From assembly GCA_039698055.1 (NCBI GenBank), contig JBDKTL010000016.1, forward strand, positions 1-64,000: a stretch of DNA of 64,000 bases. Reading direction: 5' to 3'. Positions 21,991 to 32,203 of this stretch are shown in pieces (the first letter of the stretch is position 1; each line of letters starts with the position of its first letter). Below the pieces are notes generated by a model. It was not told where the DNA came from, searched no databases, and was given only the letters and a program-made list of their open reading frames with translations. Both the position numbers and the translations under genes were made by a program. The stretch comes from Methanoregula sp. (GTDB taxonomy: Archaea > Halobacteriota > Methanomicrobia > Methanomicrobiales > Methanospirillaceae).

Positions 21991-23211
21991 ATGTCTACCC
22001 CAGCTACACAGTCAGATCTTTTCTCAACTATCAAACCGGAATATTCGAACCACACGATCTCAGCCGGTCTTGCATCCGGACTTTTGACCAAAGAGGACGC
22101 CGCTCTGATCGGTGAATTCATTGCAGAGAAACGGGCCTCCGTGGGAATCTGCACCGGCCGGGCCAACATGCTAACCTTTAACCTGGTCGGGTGGCGCCGG
22201 TTCATCGGTCCGTATAATGAGCTCACCATTGCCAGTGTCTATGCCGGCATCGATGCCCTGAAAGCCGGGAAAAGCCAGCGAGGGAAGCCTTTCAAACAGA
22301 ACACCCTCGCGGACCATGTGGTGATCCTCAAGCGGTTCCTGCTCTGGGCAATCGATAATGGGTACAGCACGATCCCGGAGAAGAAAGTCCGGGCTCTCAA
22401 GCCTCCGGCAAAAAATACGATGACCAAAAAGGCGTCGGACCTCCTGACCCCGGATGAGATCAAAGAGATCATCCAGGCATGCAAGAAGAGTGAGGACCGG
22501 GCTCTCATCATGCTGCTGTACGAAGGCGGGTTCCGGATCGGCGAGATAGCCCAGATGAAATGGGAAGATCTGATTTTCAATAACGGGGGTGTGGCAACCA
22601 GTGTCAAATTCAAAACAGCATTTACCCGGCACGTCAGGGCCTACATGTGCACTCAGTACCTGCAGAACTGGAGAGCCGATTACCCGGGCAACCCGGAAGG
22701 TCCGGCTTTTGTATTCGTGAACAGCTGGGGGAAACCGTTCATCCACGCAACCATCGCAAAACGGATCCAGCGGATCGTGGAGCGGGCCGGGATAACCAAG
22801 CATGTCACCCCGCACCTCTTCCGCCATTCGAGAATTACGCATATGATAAATGATGGAGTCGGGGAGAGCGTGATCAAGATGATGATGTGGGGGACGGTCA
22901 ACACCACAATGTTCGAAACCTATGCTCACCTGACCGGAAAAGACATCGATACCGAGATCTCCCGTGTCTACGGCCTTGTGAAGCCGGATGAGAAAAAGAA
23001 AGAGCCCATGGTCGCCCCCCGCCAGTGCCCCCACTGCCAGCACATCAACCCGCCGACAACAACCTGGTGCTTTGGATGCGGAGAATCACTGAGCCCGGAG
23101 AGTGTCGCCACCGAGGATCAGATCAAGCAGTTCATCATCCGGCACGGGAAGGAACTCGGTGAATACCTCATAAATATGAACAAAAATTCAGAATCACCCA
23201 AAATTCGGTAA
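21991..23211 (+). CDS. Tyrosine integrase with C-terminal zinc ribbon
   Basis: GGFRIGE, KFKT, TPHLFRHSRITH, WG...TYAHL; C-terminal CPHC...CFGC. Confidence 0.92.
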   Translation: MSTPATQSDLFSTIKPEYSNHTISAGLASGLLTKEDAALIGEFIAEKRASVGICTGRANMLTFNLVGWRRFIGPYNELTIASVYAGIDALKAGKSQRGKPFKQNTLADHVVILKRFLLWAIDNGYSTIPEKKVRALKPPAKNTMTKKASDLLTPDEIKEIIQACKKSEDRALIMLLYEGGFRIGEIAQMKWEDLIFNNGGVATSVKFKTAFTRHVRAYMCTQYLQNWRADYPGNPEGPAFVFVNSWGKPFIHATIAKRIQRIVERAGITKHVTPHLFRHSRITHMINDGVGESVIKMMMWGTVNTTMFETYAHLTGKDIDTEISRVYGLVKPDEKKKEPMVAPRQCPHCQHINPPTTTWCFGCGESLSPESVATEDQIKQFIIRHGKELGEYLINMNKNSESPKIR

Positions 23212-23320
23212 CTATATAGCCTCCAATATATCAGTTTGTTTCGTGCAAGCCAAAGCATGTGGGTTGAGGCCCACATAGACAAACCCTTTTCAAAAATCTT
23301 ACTTGCACAGGTGAATCGTT

Positions 23321-23455
23321 ATGGATCAACTTTACGTGACACGTGAAGCCATCGAAGCCTACGAACGCCGGACCGGTTTTCAGGGCCTCGGGCAATTCAT
23401 GATCGACAAAGGACTGTTCGTTATGACGGAGGAAAATACATGCAAAACGGCTTGA
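23321..23455 (+). CDS. Small hypothetical protein, 44 aa
   Basis: MDQLYVTREAIEAYERRTGFQGLGQFMIDKG...; GGTGA RBS upstream; below the ORF-track size cutoff. Confidence 0.5.
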   Translation: MDQLYVTREAIEAYERRTGFQGLGQFMIDKGLFVMTEENTCKTA

Positions 23456-23585
23456 GCCCCTGCCCGCTTTCTATGCCGGTCTACCACAACTACACTGAAA
23501 TACGAACAGGGGGGGTAGATCACTCTACCCTTGACCTCTTTAATTTTTTCATGGTTAATTCTGCCGAAAGGGTCTGGTGAATTTC

Positions 23586-23918
23586 ATGACGGTAAGCCAG
23601 GCGATCATTCGCAGAACTAGCGGAGGCAAGGTTTTCATCGAGACTCCCGAGGGATTGTATCCGCTTTCACAGGAACATCTCCGGAACATTCTCTTCTATG
23701 GACACCGGGTTCCAGTTATACGGGACAGTGGCGACACCGACAGCAAAGCGGTCATCTTCGGGAAACGTCCCGGGTTCAACGGTGCGAGGAGGATTTTCTT
23801 CGTTACGGCTGGACGGTCATTCTCAATCGCGGATATTTCGTTTATCTCTGTGGTGAAGGGCAAGTGGGCCGCAGCCTCGATGGTCCCGGATCCCAGCCAG
23901 GTGGCCGGCAATGCATGA
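23586..23918 (+). CDS. Hypothetical protein of the element
   Basis: ORF with GGTGA RBS, co-oriented upstream of the replication gene. Confidence 0.55.
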   Translation: MTVSQAIIRRTSGGKVFIETPEGLYPLSQEHLRNILFYGHRVPVIRDSGDTDSKAVIFGKRPGFNGARRIFFVTAGRSFSIADISFISVVKGKWAAASMVPDPSQVAGNA

Positions 23919-23983
23919 CTTGGAGCGCTCTGCATGGATGAGCGAATGCAGAAGTTCGGTCTCCTTACCCTTACCGGGGAACC

Positions 23984-26900
23984 ATGGGGGATGAGGTCCT
24001 ACCCGCCGCACGTATCCTTATCACTCCCGGCCAAATCGTCGAAGTCCGGGCCATCACCGATGACGGGATAGCCTCGGGTTATTTCGATTCCCCGGAAGAA
24101 CTGGCGGCAAAAGTCGGGGCGCTTGACAGCGTGCCCTCGGTGCAGGGCATCTACGTCACGCTCAACCCGGTCAACCCCGCCCTGCTCTCCCGCCGGTCCA
24201 ACCGGATCAAGATGCGGCTGGGCAAGAAGGACGTGACAACCGCGGACAGCGATATCGTGAAGCGCCAGTGGCTGCCGATCGATGTCGACCCGGTCCGGCC
24301 ATCGGGTGTTTCGTCAACCGAATATGAGCACAGTGCGGCGATCTCGAAAGCTCGGCGGATAACTGAGTACCTGACCGGTATGGGCTGGCCGTCGCCGGTC
24401 CTTGCGGATTCGGGGAACGGTGCCCACCTGCTGTACCGGATTGATCTGCCGAACGATGATGGATCTCGGGACCTGGTAAAACGCTGTCTCGAAGTCCTCG
24501 CGTCGGTTTTCAACGATGCGGTGGCACAGGTCGACGTCGCAAACTTCAACGCAGCCCGGATCTGGAAGCTTTACGGCACGATGAGCCGGAAGGGTGACAG
24601 TACCGCGGACCGGCCGCATCGCCGGTCTGCCATCATTCAGGCACCCGTGGAACCAGGTGTTGTCGATCAGCTGATGCTCACCCGGCTAGCTGGGACCCTG
24701 CCGGACCCTCCCGCCGTACCCGCAGCGGTCTGCCCGACCGGGAAGGCCGGAGTTCAGCAGGCGCGGGTTCCGTTGGATCTCCGTCGCTGGCTTTCCGATC
24801 ACGGTATCTCGGTGCAGACCGAGAAGCCATACCAGGGCGGCACGCTATTTCTTCTCGGGCAGTGCCCGTTTTCCAGCGCGCACAAGGACGGAGCATATGC
24901 GATCCAATTCGCGAATGGCGCGATCCATGCCGGCTGCCATCACGAGAGCTGCGGCGGCGGATCGCAGCGGTGGCCGGAGTTGCGGGAGAAGTACGAGCCG
25001 GGAAAGAAGCGGGCTGTTCCGAAACCGGACAGCCCCCCGCCCGGGATCCTGCCGGGTCCTGCACAAGCGCCCGGGGATAAACACACCGAAGAGGCCCTGC
25101 TGGTACTCCGGTCCGGCAATCCCATCCGGACCATGATCCGGACTTTCGCGCTCGATCATGAAGGCGACGAGACGGTCGCCGAGTGCCTGATCATGTCGCT
25201 TGCCTCCCGCTCTGTCCTCAACACGACAGGATTGCACGTCTCCGTATCCGGGGAGAGCGGGAAAGGAAAATCGCATACTTTCTCGACACTGATCAGGCAG
25301 GTACCCGAGCGCCACCAGCTCTCCGGCTCGATGTCGAACAAGGCCCTCTTCTATATTGACAATCTCCAGCCAGGCACCGTGATCGTGCTCGACGATACGA
25401 GTCTCTCGGACGACATGTCCGAGATCCTGAAGGGTGTCACCACGTCGTTTCGGAAACCGTTCATCTACCGGACCGTGAACAAAGACCGGAAAGGTTTCAT
25501 CTGTACTATTCCGGAACGGTGTGTCTGGTGGGTCGCGAAGGTCGAGGGCAGCGGCGACGACCAGGTATTCAACCGGATGCTCACCTGCTGGATCGACGAT
25601 ACGATCGAGCAGGACAACCGGGTGCTCACCCGGATTCTGGAAGATAGCGAAGCCCTGCCCGAGCACGGCGAAGACGAACATCCCGATGTCCTGCTGTGCC
25701 GGGCGATGTGGGAAGCGCTCGGGCGCGAGCGGCTGCACGTCGTCATCCCGTACGCAAAACGGATCCGGTTCCAGAGCCAGACCAACCGGCGGAACCCGGA
25801 GATGCTGCTGGGCCTGGTGAAAGCGCATGCCCTTCTCTTCTCGCTCCAGCGCGAGAGGCAGGAGGTTAACGGCGTGCCCTGCATCATGGCGATCCGCGCG
25901 GACTTCGATGGCGCGGCCCGGCTCTACAGCCTCCTCAACAGCTCTGCCGGTGGGCAGACAACGAAACTCACGAAGATGGAGTCGGACCTGCTCTCGGCGA
26001 TCGAAACCCTGCACTGGGTCGAGTTCACGATCCCAATGCTCCAGAAAGCAACGGGGCAATCGAATGCGGTCCTGCACCGGCTGATCCACGGGTACACAAG
26101 CCGTGGAGCGGCCTACACCGGCCTGCTGGAGAAATGTCCCGCGATTGCGTACACCGACCGCACCGTCGTCTCCGAAGACGAGTTTACCGGATTTTCCACG
26201 CGTCGGCGTACGAACGCCTACACGTTCGATCACGATCTTTTCCGACAGTGGCTGGCGGGCGGGGCTGTCTGGCTTGATGACGGCCCGGGCCCGGACCGCG
26301 ACGAGCCGGCGGAATCACGGCAATCCGGCAGCATGACTACGGAAGGTTCCGTGAGATCGGGACCCGCTGAATCCGGCGGGGATTCTGATGTTCTTTGTAC
26401 AAACACCGATTTAAGTGTACAAAAGAGTGAATCCGGTGGAAATCCGGATCACACCAGCGATTTACCCTCAGCTGATACCTCAGCAGAATCACAAGCGGGT
26501 GACACCGGAAGCTCCGTGAGACCGGATCCAGAAACCGGGCCGGGCCCGCAAAATTCCGAACCGGAGGAATCCCGACTCGGGATTACCTCACGGAAACCTG
26601 CCGGACCTTCCGCCGGCGAAGGCCATTCTGCAGCCGGACAGGAAAACCGACCGGTGGCCGGCCTTCCCACGGAACGCCGGTCGATCAAGGCAGCCGACTA
26701 CAAAAAGCTCGAGATTCCTGAGAGCAGGACCGTTTGTTATTGCTGTGGCAAGAAAGGAGCCCTGTATGTCGAAAAATTAACTGCCGAACGAAAGGCCCGC
26801 CCGAAAGTCCAGCAGGAGGCACGGCGGATCTGCAAGATCTGTTACCTCGCAGCGGTCCAGAGGAAGCGGACCGAGTCGCCGCCTCTCCCCGGGACAATTT

Positions 26901-27088
26901 CCTTGGCATCGATGCAGCGGATTGGGAGCAGTGTCGGGCGGTGCTCGATCTGCGACCTGGCTCCGGCCGTGTATCTTGATCGAGAGACCGGCATTCGGCT
27001 CTGCGAAGCCTGCTACTCCCGGGAAGCAGTACAACAGACGCAGAAAAAACGATTGTCGCCGGTGTCTCCCCCGGGAGGGAATCCATGA
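23984..27088 (+). CDS. Putative replication protein: AEP-like primase, Zn-binding domain, P-loop NTPase/helicase and C-terminal Zn fingers
   Basis: WLPIDVDP, DSGNGAHL (AEP motifs I/II); CPF..HKD..CHHESC; GESGKGKS and VIVLDD (Walker A/B); CYCC..CKIC and CSIC..CEAC. Confidence 0.75.
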   Translation: MGDEVLPAARILITPGQIVEVRAITDDGIASGYFDSPEELAAKVGALDSVPSVQGIYVTLNPVNPALLSRRSNRIKMRLGKKDVTTADSDIVKRQWLPIDVDPVRPSGVSSTEYEHSAAISKARRITEYLTGMGWPSPVLADSGNGAHLLYRIDLPNDDGSRDLVKRCLEVLASVFNDAVAQVDVANFNAARIWKLYGTMSRKGDSTADRPHRRSAIIQAPVEPGVVDQLMLTRLAGTLPDPPAVPAAVCPTGKAGVQQARVPLDLRRWLSDHGISVQTEKPYQGGTLFLLGQCPFSSAHKDGAYAIQFANGAIHAGCHHESCGGGSQRWPELREKYEPGKKRAVPKPDSPPPGILPGPAQAPGDKHTEEALLVLRSGNPIRTMIRTFALDHEGDETVAECLIMSLASRSVLNTTGLHVSVSGESGKGKSHTFSTLIRQVPERHQLSGSMSNKALFYIDNLQPGTVIVLDDTSLSDDMSEILKGVTTSFRKPFIYRTVNKDRKGFICTIPERCVWWVAKVEGSGDDQVFNRMLTCWIDDTIEQDNRVLTRILEDSEALPEHGEDEHPDVLLCRAMWEALGRERLHVVIPYAKRIRFQSQTNRRNPEMLLGLVKAHALLFSLQRERQEVNGVPCIMAIRADFDGAARLYSLLNSSAGGQTTKLTKMESDLLSAIETLHWVEFTIPMLQKATGQSNAVLHRLIHGYTSRGAAYTGLLEKCPAIAYTDRTVVSEDEFTGFSTRRRTNAYTFDHDLFRQWLAGGAVWLDDGPGPDRDEPAESRQSGSMTTEGSVRSGPAESGGDSDVLCTNTDLSVQKSESGGNPDHTSDLPSADTSAESQAGDTGSSVRPDPETGPGPQNSEPEESRLGITSRKPAGPSAGEGHSAAGQENRPVAGLPTERRSIKAADYKKLEIPESRTVCYCCGKKGALYVEKLTAERKARPKVQQEARRICKICYLAAVQRKRTESPPLPGTISLASMQRIGSSVGRCSICDLAPAVYLDRETGIRLCEACYSREAVQQTQKKRLSPVSPPGGNP

Positions 27089-27630
27089 CGGTCCCGCCCG
27101 CGCTGCTCTCCCACGAAAGTACCGAGCACTACACTCCTCAGTATATCCTTGATGCGGTGATCGCGTGCTTGGACAAAATCGATCTCGACCCGTGCAGCAA
27201 CAGTCAGGAGATCCCGAACGTGCCGGCAGCGATCCACTATACCGCTCTGGACAACGGCCTCCTGCGGCCGTGGGTGGGGAAGCTCTTCATCAATCCGCCA
27301 TTCGGTTACGACGTCGAGCAATGGTTCTCGAAACTTTACCTGGAGCGGCTTGAGGGCCGGACCACAGAGGCGATTGTCCTCTGGAAGTCCGCGACCGAGA
27401 CCGCGGCCTGGAAGACGCTTACTCAATTATCGTGCCGGGTGTGTTTCCCCTCCTCGCGGATCCGGTTTGTCGGTCCATCGGGCGATGATGGCCCCGGGCC
27501 GACGTTTTCACCAGCGCTGTTCTATGTCGGGGACCGTCCCGAGCGGTTCGAGGATTCATTCCGGTCGATCGGAGATGTATGGATTGTACCGAAGGTTGCG
27601 GGTCGGGGTCCCGAGCGGGGGATTGCGTGA
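27085..27630 (+). CDS. Phage-type DNA N6-adenine methyltransferase
   Basis: EHYTP, IDLDPCS, FINPPFG, RIRF; overlaps the stop codon of the upstream gene (ATGA). Confidence 0.85.
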   Translation: MTVPPALLSHESTEHYTPQYILDAVIACLDKIDLDPCSNSQEIPNVPAAIHYTALDNGLLRPWVGKLFINPPFGYDVEQWFSKLYLERLEGRTTEAIVLWKSATETAAWKTLTQLSCRVCFPSSRIRFVGPSGDDGPGPTFSPALFYVGDRPERFEDSFRSIGDVWIVPKVAGRGPERGIA

Positions 27631-27761
27631 ACGACCAGAGTCTCAATCTCGGGGAGGCGCTGCGGCTGGCCCGGGAGAAGGCTAACCGGGAACGAAACCG
27701 GGCGAAGTGCAAGAAGTATTACCGGAACCGGACCGAGAAAGGGAAGGGAGGTGGTGAGTGA
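27627..27761 (+). CDS. Small basic hypothetical protein, 44 aa
   Basis: GTGA overlap with the MTase; RERNRAKCKKYYRNR. Confidence 0.4.
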   Translation: MNDQSLNLGEALRLAREKANRERNRAKCKKYYRNRTEKGKGGGE

Positions 27762-27802
27762 ACAATTAAAAACCCGACCGTATAGTACTAAATTGATATT
27801 GC

Positions 27803-29137
27803 ATGATTTTCCTTGAAGAAGAATTTTCTGACGCTGTTACCAGACTCCAGACAAATCCTCTTCAAACCGATGAAATTCTAAATCTTCTTTTGGGATCTAT
27901 TCGAAAAGGGATACTTTATCAAATTTTGAATGTTGAACAGCGCGTTCACGAAATTGCCAACTCGAATCCCATTTTTTCTCAGGAATATATTCGGAAGTAT
28001 GTGAAATTGTGTAATGACTTGTGGTTTTTACCTCAGCCTCCGAGCGTTCATTTTTTCCTTTCGGATAACATTGGACCCTTGATACCAGTTGTATCAGGAA
28101 TTGATCATTCACTCCTTCATGAAAGATTAATCAAAATGCAGTTTTTCCGAGCACTGATCCAAAAATGCGATTCAAATTGTAAAAATTTAAGCGAGATGCA
28201 GGTGTTAGCTGAACGGCTTTCTGAAATAGCTGAATCCACTCCTTTTGTGACAAATCCCTACAAACATAGAGATTTGAGCAATTACAATGCACTTGTGGAT
28301 AAATCTCTTCAATTGATTGAAGATATTGAGGATCGTGCTCAATACAATGTCCATTATTATCAAATTTGTAGAAATCTGAGTAGATGCCCGACCCTAAAGG
28401 GATATGTAGAATTATTTTTGATCGAATGTATCCGGGACCAACGTTTTTCTTCCTTGCTGTGGTTATTGGCAGAAAATACTGAATTACATGATGCTTACTT
28501 GTGTGAATTTGAACGAGGACTTCAATTATATGAATCACTCCCGAATGAAAAACATACGACAATTGGTAGAATTAAAAAAGAAATTAAAAATCAACTTGAA
28601 AAAAATGAGGATTTTGGAGATTTTCTTTCGGAACTTCTCATTATGAATAAAGTTGGAAGAGGCCAAATACTTGTCAAAGATAAAAAAATTGGGAAAAAAT
28701 TTATCGACCTCGAAATCCGTTTAGGAAATAAAAAAGTCCTTTTTGAGATCAGAGCTCCTGAGATGCAAAGGGACTCAACAATAACTGGGGGAGGTTTTCT
28801 TAAAAATAAATACGATGATGCTATTGTCGATAAACGAAGGCAATTGAAGGAAGGACTAGATCATAATCTCGATCCTTTGATTGTCACCGAAGATATTTTC
28901 TTTTACGTCGTAATTGATGGAAGCAAAACTCCAATAGCGCATGATTGCATGGATTTATTCGTAAATGAAAATCAGGAGAATGATCTCGTCAGTGGAGTGA
29001 TTGTATTTCGGCCAATCAATAAGGTCACGAAGGCACATCACCTCTCATTATCTGGGTGGATAAAAAATAATCCAAAGGGGAGAAACGTGCTTTCACTGGA
29101 TGAATTAACAGAACTTAGTCAGATTCTATTTAGCTAA
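27803..29137 (+). CDS. AT-rich hypothetical protein with possible C-terminal PD-(D/E)XK nuclease domain
   Basis: DFLSELL...FIDLEIRLGNKKVLFEIRAP; abrupt shift to AT-rich sequence. Confidence 0.6.
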   Translation: MIFLEEEFSDAVTRLQTNPLQTDEILNLLLGSIRKGILYQILNVEQRVHEIANSNPIFSQEYIRKYVKLCNDLWFLPQPPSVHFFLSDNIGPLIPVVSGIDHSLLHERLIKMQFFRALIQKCDSNCKNLSEMQVLAERLSEIAESTPFVTNPYKHRDLSNYNALVDKSLQLIEDIEDRAQYNVHYYQICRNLSRCPTLKGYVELFLIECIRDQRFSSLLWLLAENTELHDAYLCEFERGLQLYESLPNEKHTTIGRIKKEIKNQLEKNEDFGDFLSELLIMNKVGRGQILVKDKKIGKKFIDLEIRLGNKKVLFEIRAPEMQRDSTITGGGFLKNKYDDAIVDKRRQLKEGLDHNLDPLIVTEDIFFYVVIDGSKTPIAHDCMDLFVNENQENDLVSGVIVFRPINKVTKAHHLSLSGWIKNNPKGRNVLSLDELTELSQILFS

Positions 29138-29479
29138 TGACTTCCATTCGAGGATAAATTATGACCCGTACCAAAATAACCCCAAATTGAGCCCCGTTTC
29201 CCATGCCCCTATCCGGAAAACCCCGTAAAATCGAGATTTTTCCCGCCCCTAAAAAATAAGCCCAAAATAGCCCCTGTTTGCCAAAATACGGCAGATAACC
29301 GCATCGCCAAAAGGCCACCGGAGCCCTTTCCTTGGCGGTCTTTTTGGCACCTACTTTTCTCCATCCGGACCCGAAATATGCCACCGGAACGCGAATACGG
29401 GGCTCGTCTTTTCCGGCGGTATTTTTATAAAATCGGCAAAATGGGCATTAAACCTGAAAACAAGGTTTTGGAGGGGAGA

Positions 29480-29854
29480 TCAGCGGATGTATTCACGTAA
29501 TTTTCCGACGAGGGCAAGCTGATTTTTAGCTTCTTTCTTTTTCTCTTCTTCGATAAATCCCATGATTTTCGTCATGGGCACTGCCAGCTCATAGACTTTC
29601 TGCGGGCGGCCCTTGTTCTCGGAGGACTTCTCGCTCTCTTTGATCCAGCCTTGGTCCGCCAGGTATTTCATCGCAATGCTGACTTCGGGCTGGCGAAGGT
29701 CCGTTCCCCGTTCGATCGACCGGGATGTTGCCTCAGTTGTGTTCGCCAGGAACACCAGTAACTTTGCAACATTTTTCTTCGTCCCTATTTCGATCAACAG
29801 GTTCACGAACGCTTCTTCCTTATCTGTAAAATACTGAACGCTCTCTGTTCTCAA
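29480..29854 (-). CDS. wHTH transcriptional regulator (archaeal ArsR/TrmB-like)
   Basis: SRSIERGTDLRQPEVSIAM, KGRPQKVYEL. Confidence 0.82.
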   Translation of the reverse strand: MRTESVQYFTDKEEAFVNLLIEIGTKKNVAKLLVFLANTTEATSRSIERGTDLRQPEVSIAMKYLADQGWIKESEKSSENKGRPQKVYELAVPMTKIMGFIEEEKKKEAKNQLALVGKLREYIR

Positions 29855-29951
29855 TATATCACCAAATTTTTCTTTGTCGTTTCACTCTCGTTTTTATTAT
29901 GCCGATAAATGCATTCCGGTTTATTTTTTCGGGATTGACAGAATCCACCGT

Positions 29952-30320
29952 TTATCCTGGTTTTTGGCCGGAAGGGATTTTCAGGAACCTCGCAACCATG
30001 ACAACCAAACTATTCCAACCTCGATACAACCGGAAACCGGAATAAATGGTAAGGATTGTGAAAATGGCGCTGAAAATATACCAACTTGTCCAGATTTCAC
30101 AGACGTATTCCCCGCCACTCTCGATAATTACGCGTCCACACTGATAGGGAACGAAAATAAACAAAATTATGAGCATATCGAACGAGACGATGAACGTCAG
30201 CCAAATTGCGATTATGTTCCATGGAGTTGTGGTAGACCGGCACATATTACGCGGGCAGAATTTACTGTTACTTATTGCCCTGCCCTCCTGTTGAGGAGAG
30301 CAGCGACGTTCAGTCATCAT
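29952..30320 (-). CDS. Small membrane hypothetical protein
   Basis: Two hydrophobic stretches; co-oriented with its neighbours. Confidence 0.4.
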   Translation of the reverse strand: MMTERRCSPQQEGRAISNSKFCPRNMCRSTTTPWNIIAIWLTFIVSFDMLIILFIFVPYQCGRVIIESGGEYVCEIWTSWYIFSAIFTILTIYSGFRLYRGWNSLVVMVARFLKIPSGQKPG

Positions 30321-30323
30321 GTT

Positions 30324-30652
30324 TCAGGGGAGTCTCAGCGTATCGATGGGGTTCATGTTCGCTACCTGCCATGCAAGGTAAATACCGCAGATAATACAGA
30401 TCGCAATGCCAAAACCCACACCCTCTGCAACGGTAATTGCATTCGTGACGGAGAACAGGTACTTTGTTGAACCAACCATGAGGGCATTTACGAGGTATCC
30501 GGCAAGGACACTCATGATCCCTCCGGCAATACACCCCAGGAATCCGATGACTGCCGCTTCATAGATGAACATGCTCATTACCTTTTTTTTCCGGGGGTCT
30601 ATACTTCGCATGATTCCAACTCCTTAATCCGCTCAATCACAGACATCATCAT
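30324..30652 (-). pseudogene. ABC transporter permease (FtsX/MacB-like) C-terminal remnant
   Basis: MMSVIERIKE|frameshift|GIMRSI...FIYEAAVIGFLG...CGIYLAWQVANMNPIDTLR; N-terminal part absent. Confidence 0.75.
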
Positions 30653-30700
30653 GATCAGTGAGGTTTTTCAGTTGCTGTTGTATTTACGATTGGTGACTTT

Positions 30701-32203
30701 TCACTTCGGATGGATTTGCATGCCAACCGCTGACGCAACAGAATCTCTTGCTTTTCCCTTCAGAGAGAAGAAGATCCCGACTATGCAGAGAACTGTGAAG
30801 AATATGAAACCGATATGCATGCTCGTTATGAACTGGGGATAGTATGCCGGCGTTATCTCGACCGGGCCGATAATTATCGCGAATATCATCATAGCGATTC
30901 CCATGGAGATCATCTGGCCGAAAAGTCGAATCGTGCCGACTATCCCGGAAGCGACCCCGTAAAAACGCTTCTCCACTGAATTCATAATTGTGATAGTATT
31001 TGGAGTGGCGAAGAGTCCGAGACCCGCACCAAGCACAAGTAAACTTACGATCAAGTACCAGACAGTCGTTGCTTCTGTGATGAAGATAAGAAGGAAAAGC
31101 CCGAACGTGGTGAGTGCCATTCCTGCTGATGCGACGATACGTGGTTCGATCCTATCCGAGAGCTTGCCGGCAATGGGTGTGAATAGGGTCTGAACCACGG
31201 TCTGCGCGATGATGATGATTCCTGCGTACTCTGGTGAGAACCCCTTGGTGTACTGGAGATCAAGGCTCAATAAAAATGTCACCGCCCATGTGGCGCTATA
31301 ACTGATGAGTGCTGCAAGATTTGAGAAAGCAAAGGCCCGGTTCCCGGTTAGTAGTTTTATGTCAAGGACCGGGAAGGGGATCCGCATTTCATACAGAGCG
31401 AAGACGATTCCCCCGACGATTCCTGCGAGAATGAGAATCATACCAATGCTGTTTGGCAGGATGGAGAGCCCGTACATGACGGCGACAATCGCTGCGCCGT
31501 AAATAATGGAGCCTGTAAGGTCGAACTTCTCGGTATGGCATTCAGCCCATTCACCTTCCAGCTTCCAGAGAACAAGGAGAGTTATTGCAATCCCTATCGG
31601 CACGTTTACGAAGAAGATGCTCCTCCAGCCAAGGTACTGGGTCATAAATCCGCCAAGACATGGGCCGACTGATAAGCCGAAATAGACCGCTGTGAGATAG
31701 ATACCCATCGTCTTTCCGCGCTCGCCCGGAGGAAAGACTGATGTGAGGATCGCCATGGCAGTCCCGAAGATCATTGCAGCGCCAAGACCCTGAACAACCC
31801 GGAGGGCGATCAACGCTCCGCTTGTGGGGGCCATCGTTGTTGCCAAGGAAGCAAAGCTGAAGACCGCAATACCGTATAAAAAGATCCTTTTTCTGCCGTA
31901 AATGTCAGCAATTTTTCCAAATGGGACGGAAAAAAGTGCTGCTGCAAGAAGGTAAGCTGTCACGATCCACATGAGGGCGATTGCATCCATATGGAATTCT
32001 CCGCCAATACTGGGGAGGGCGATGTTCATGGCAGATGCATCAAACGGTGTGATAAATCCGGTAAGAACTGCGATAAAGAGGACAATAATTTTCCCGGTAC
32101 GCGTTACCGGGTTGGGCGGAGTATGGCAGATCTCCGGCGTTTCTGTTTCCGCGCCGGTTTCGGGATGCAGCCGGTCCATCTTTTCTGGAATGGCCGAACT
32201 CAT
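30701..32203 (-). CDS. MFS drug-resistance-type transporter (DHA2/EmrB-like)
   Basis: NIALPSI, GKIADIYGRK, RVVQGLGAA, FFVNVPIG; about 14 TM segments. Confidence 0.92.
   Translation of the reverse strand: MSSAIPEKMDRLHPETGAETETPEICHTPPNPVTRTGKIIVLFIAVLTGFITPFDASAMNIALPSIGGEFHMDAIALMWIVTAYLLAAALFSVPFGKIADIYGRKRIFLYGIAVFSFASLATTMAPTSGALIALRVVQGLGAAMIFGTAMAILTSVFPPGERGKTMGIYLTAVYFGLSVGPCLGGFMTQYLGWRSIFFVNVPIGIAITLLVLWKLEGEWAECHTEKFDLTGSIIYGAAIVAVMYGLSILPNSIGMILILAGIVGGIVFALYEMRIPFPVLDIKLLTGNRAFAFSNLAALISYSATWAVTFLLSLDLQYTKGFSPEYAGIIIIAQTVVQTLFTPIAGKLSDRIEPRIVASAGMALTTFGLFLLIFITEATTVWYLIVSLLVLGAGLGLFATPNTITIMNSVEKRFYGVASGIVGTIRLFGQMISMGIAMMIFAIIIGPVEITPAYYPQFITSMHIGFIFFTVLCIVGIFFSLKGKARDSVASAVGMQIHPK

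Noticed and set aside
24845-26233. 462-aa minus-strand ORF
   Set aside because: Antisense shadow of the GC-rich primase-helicase gene; no motifs
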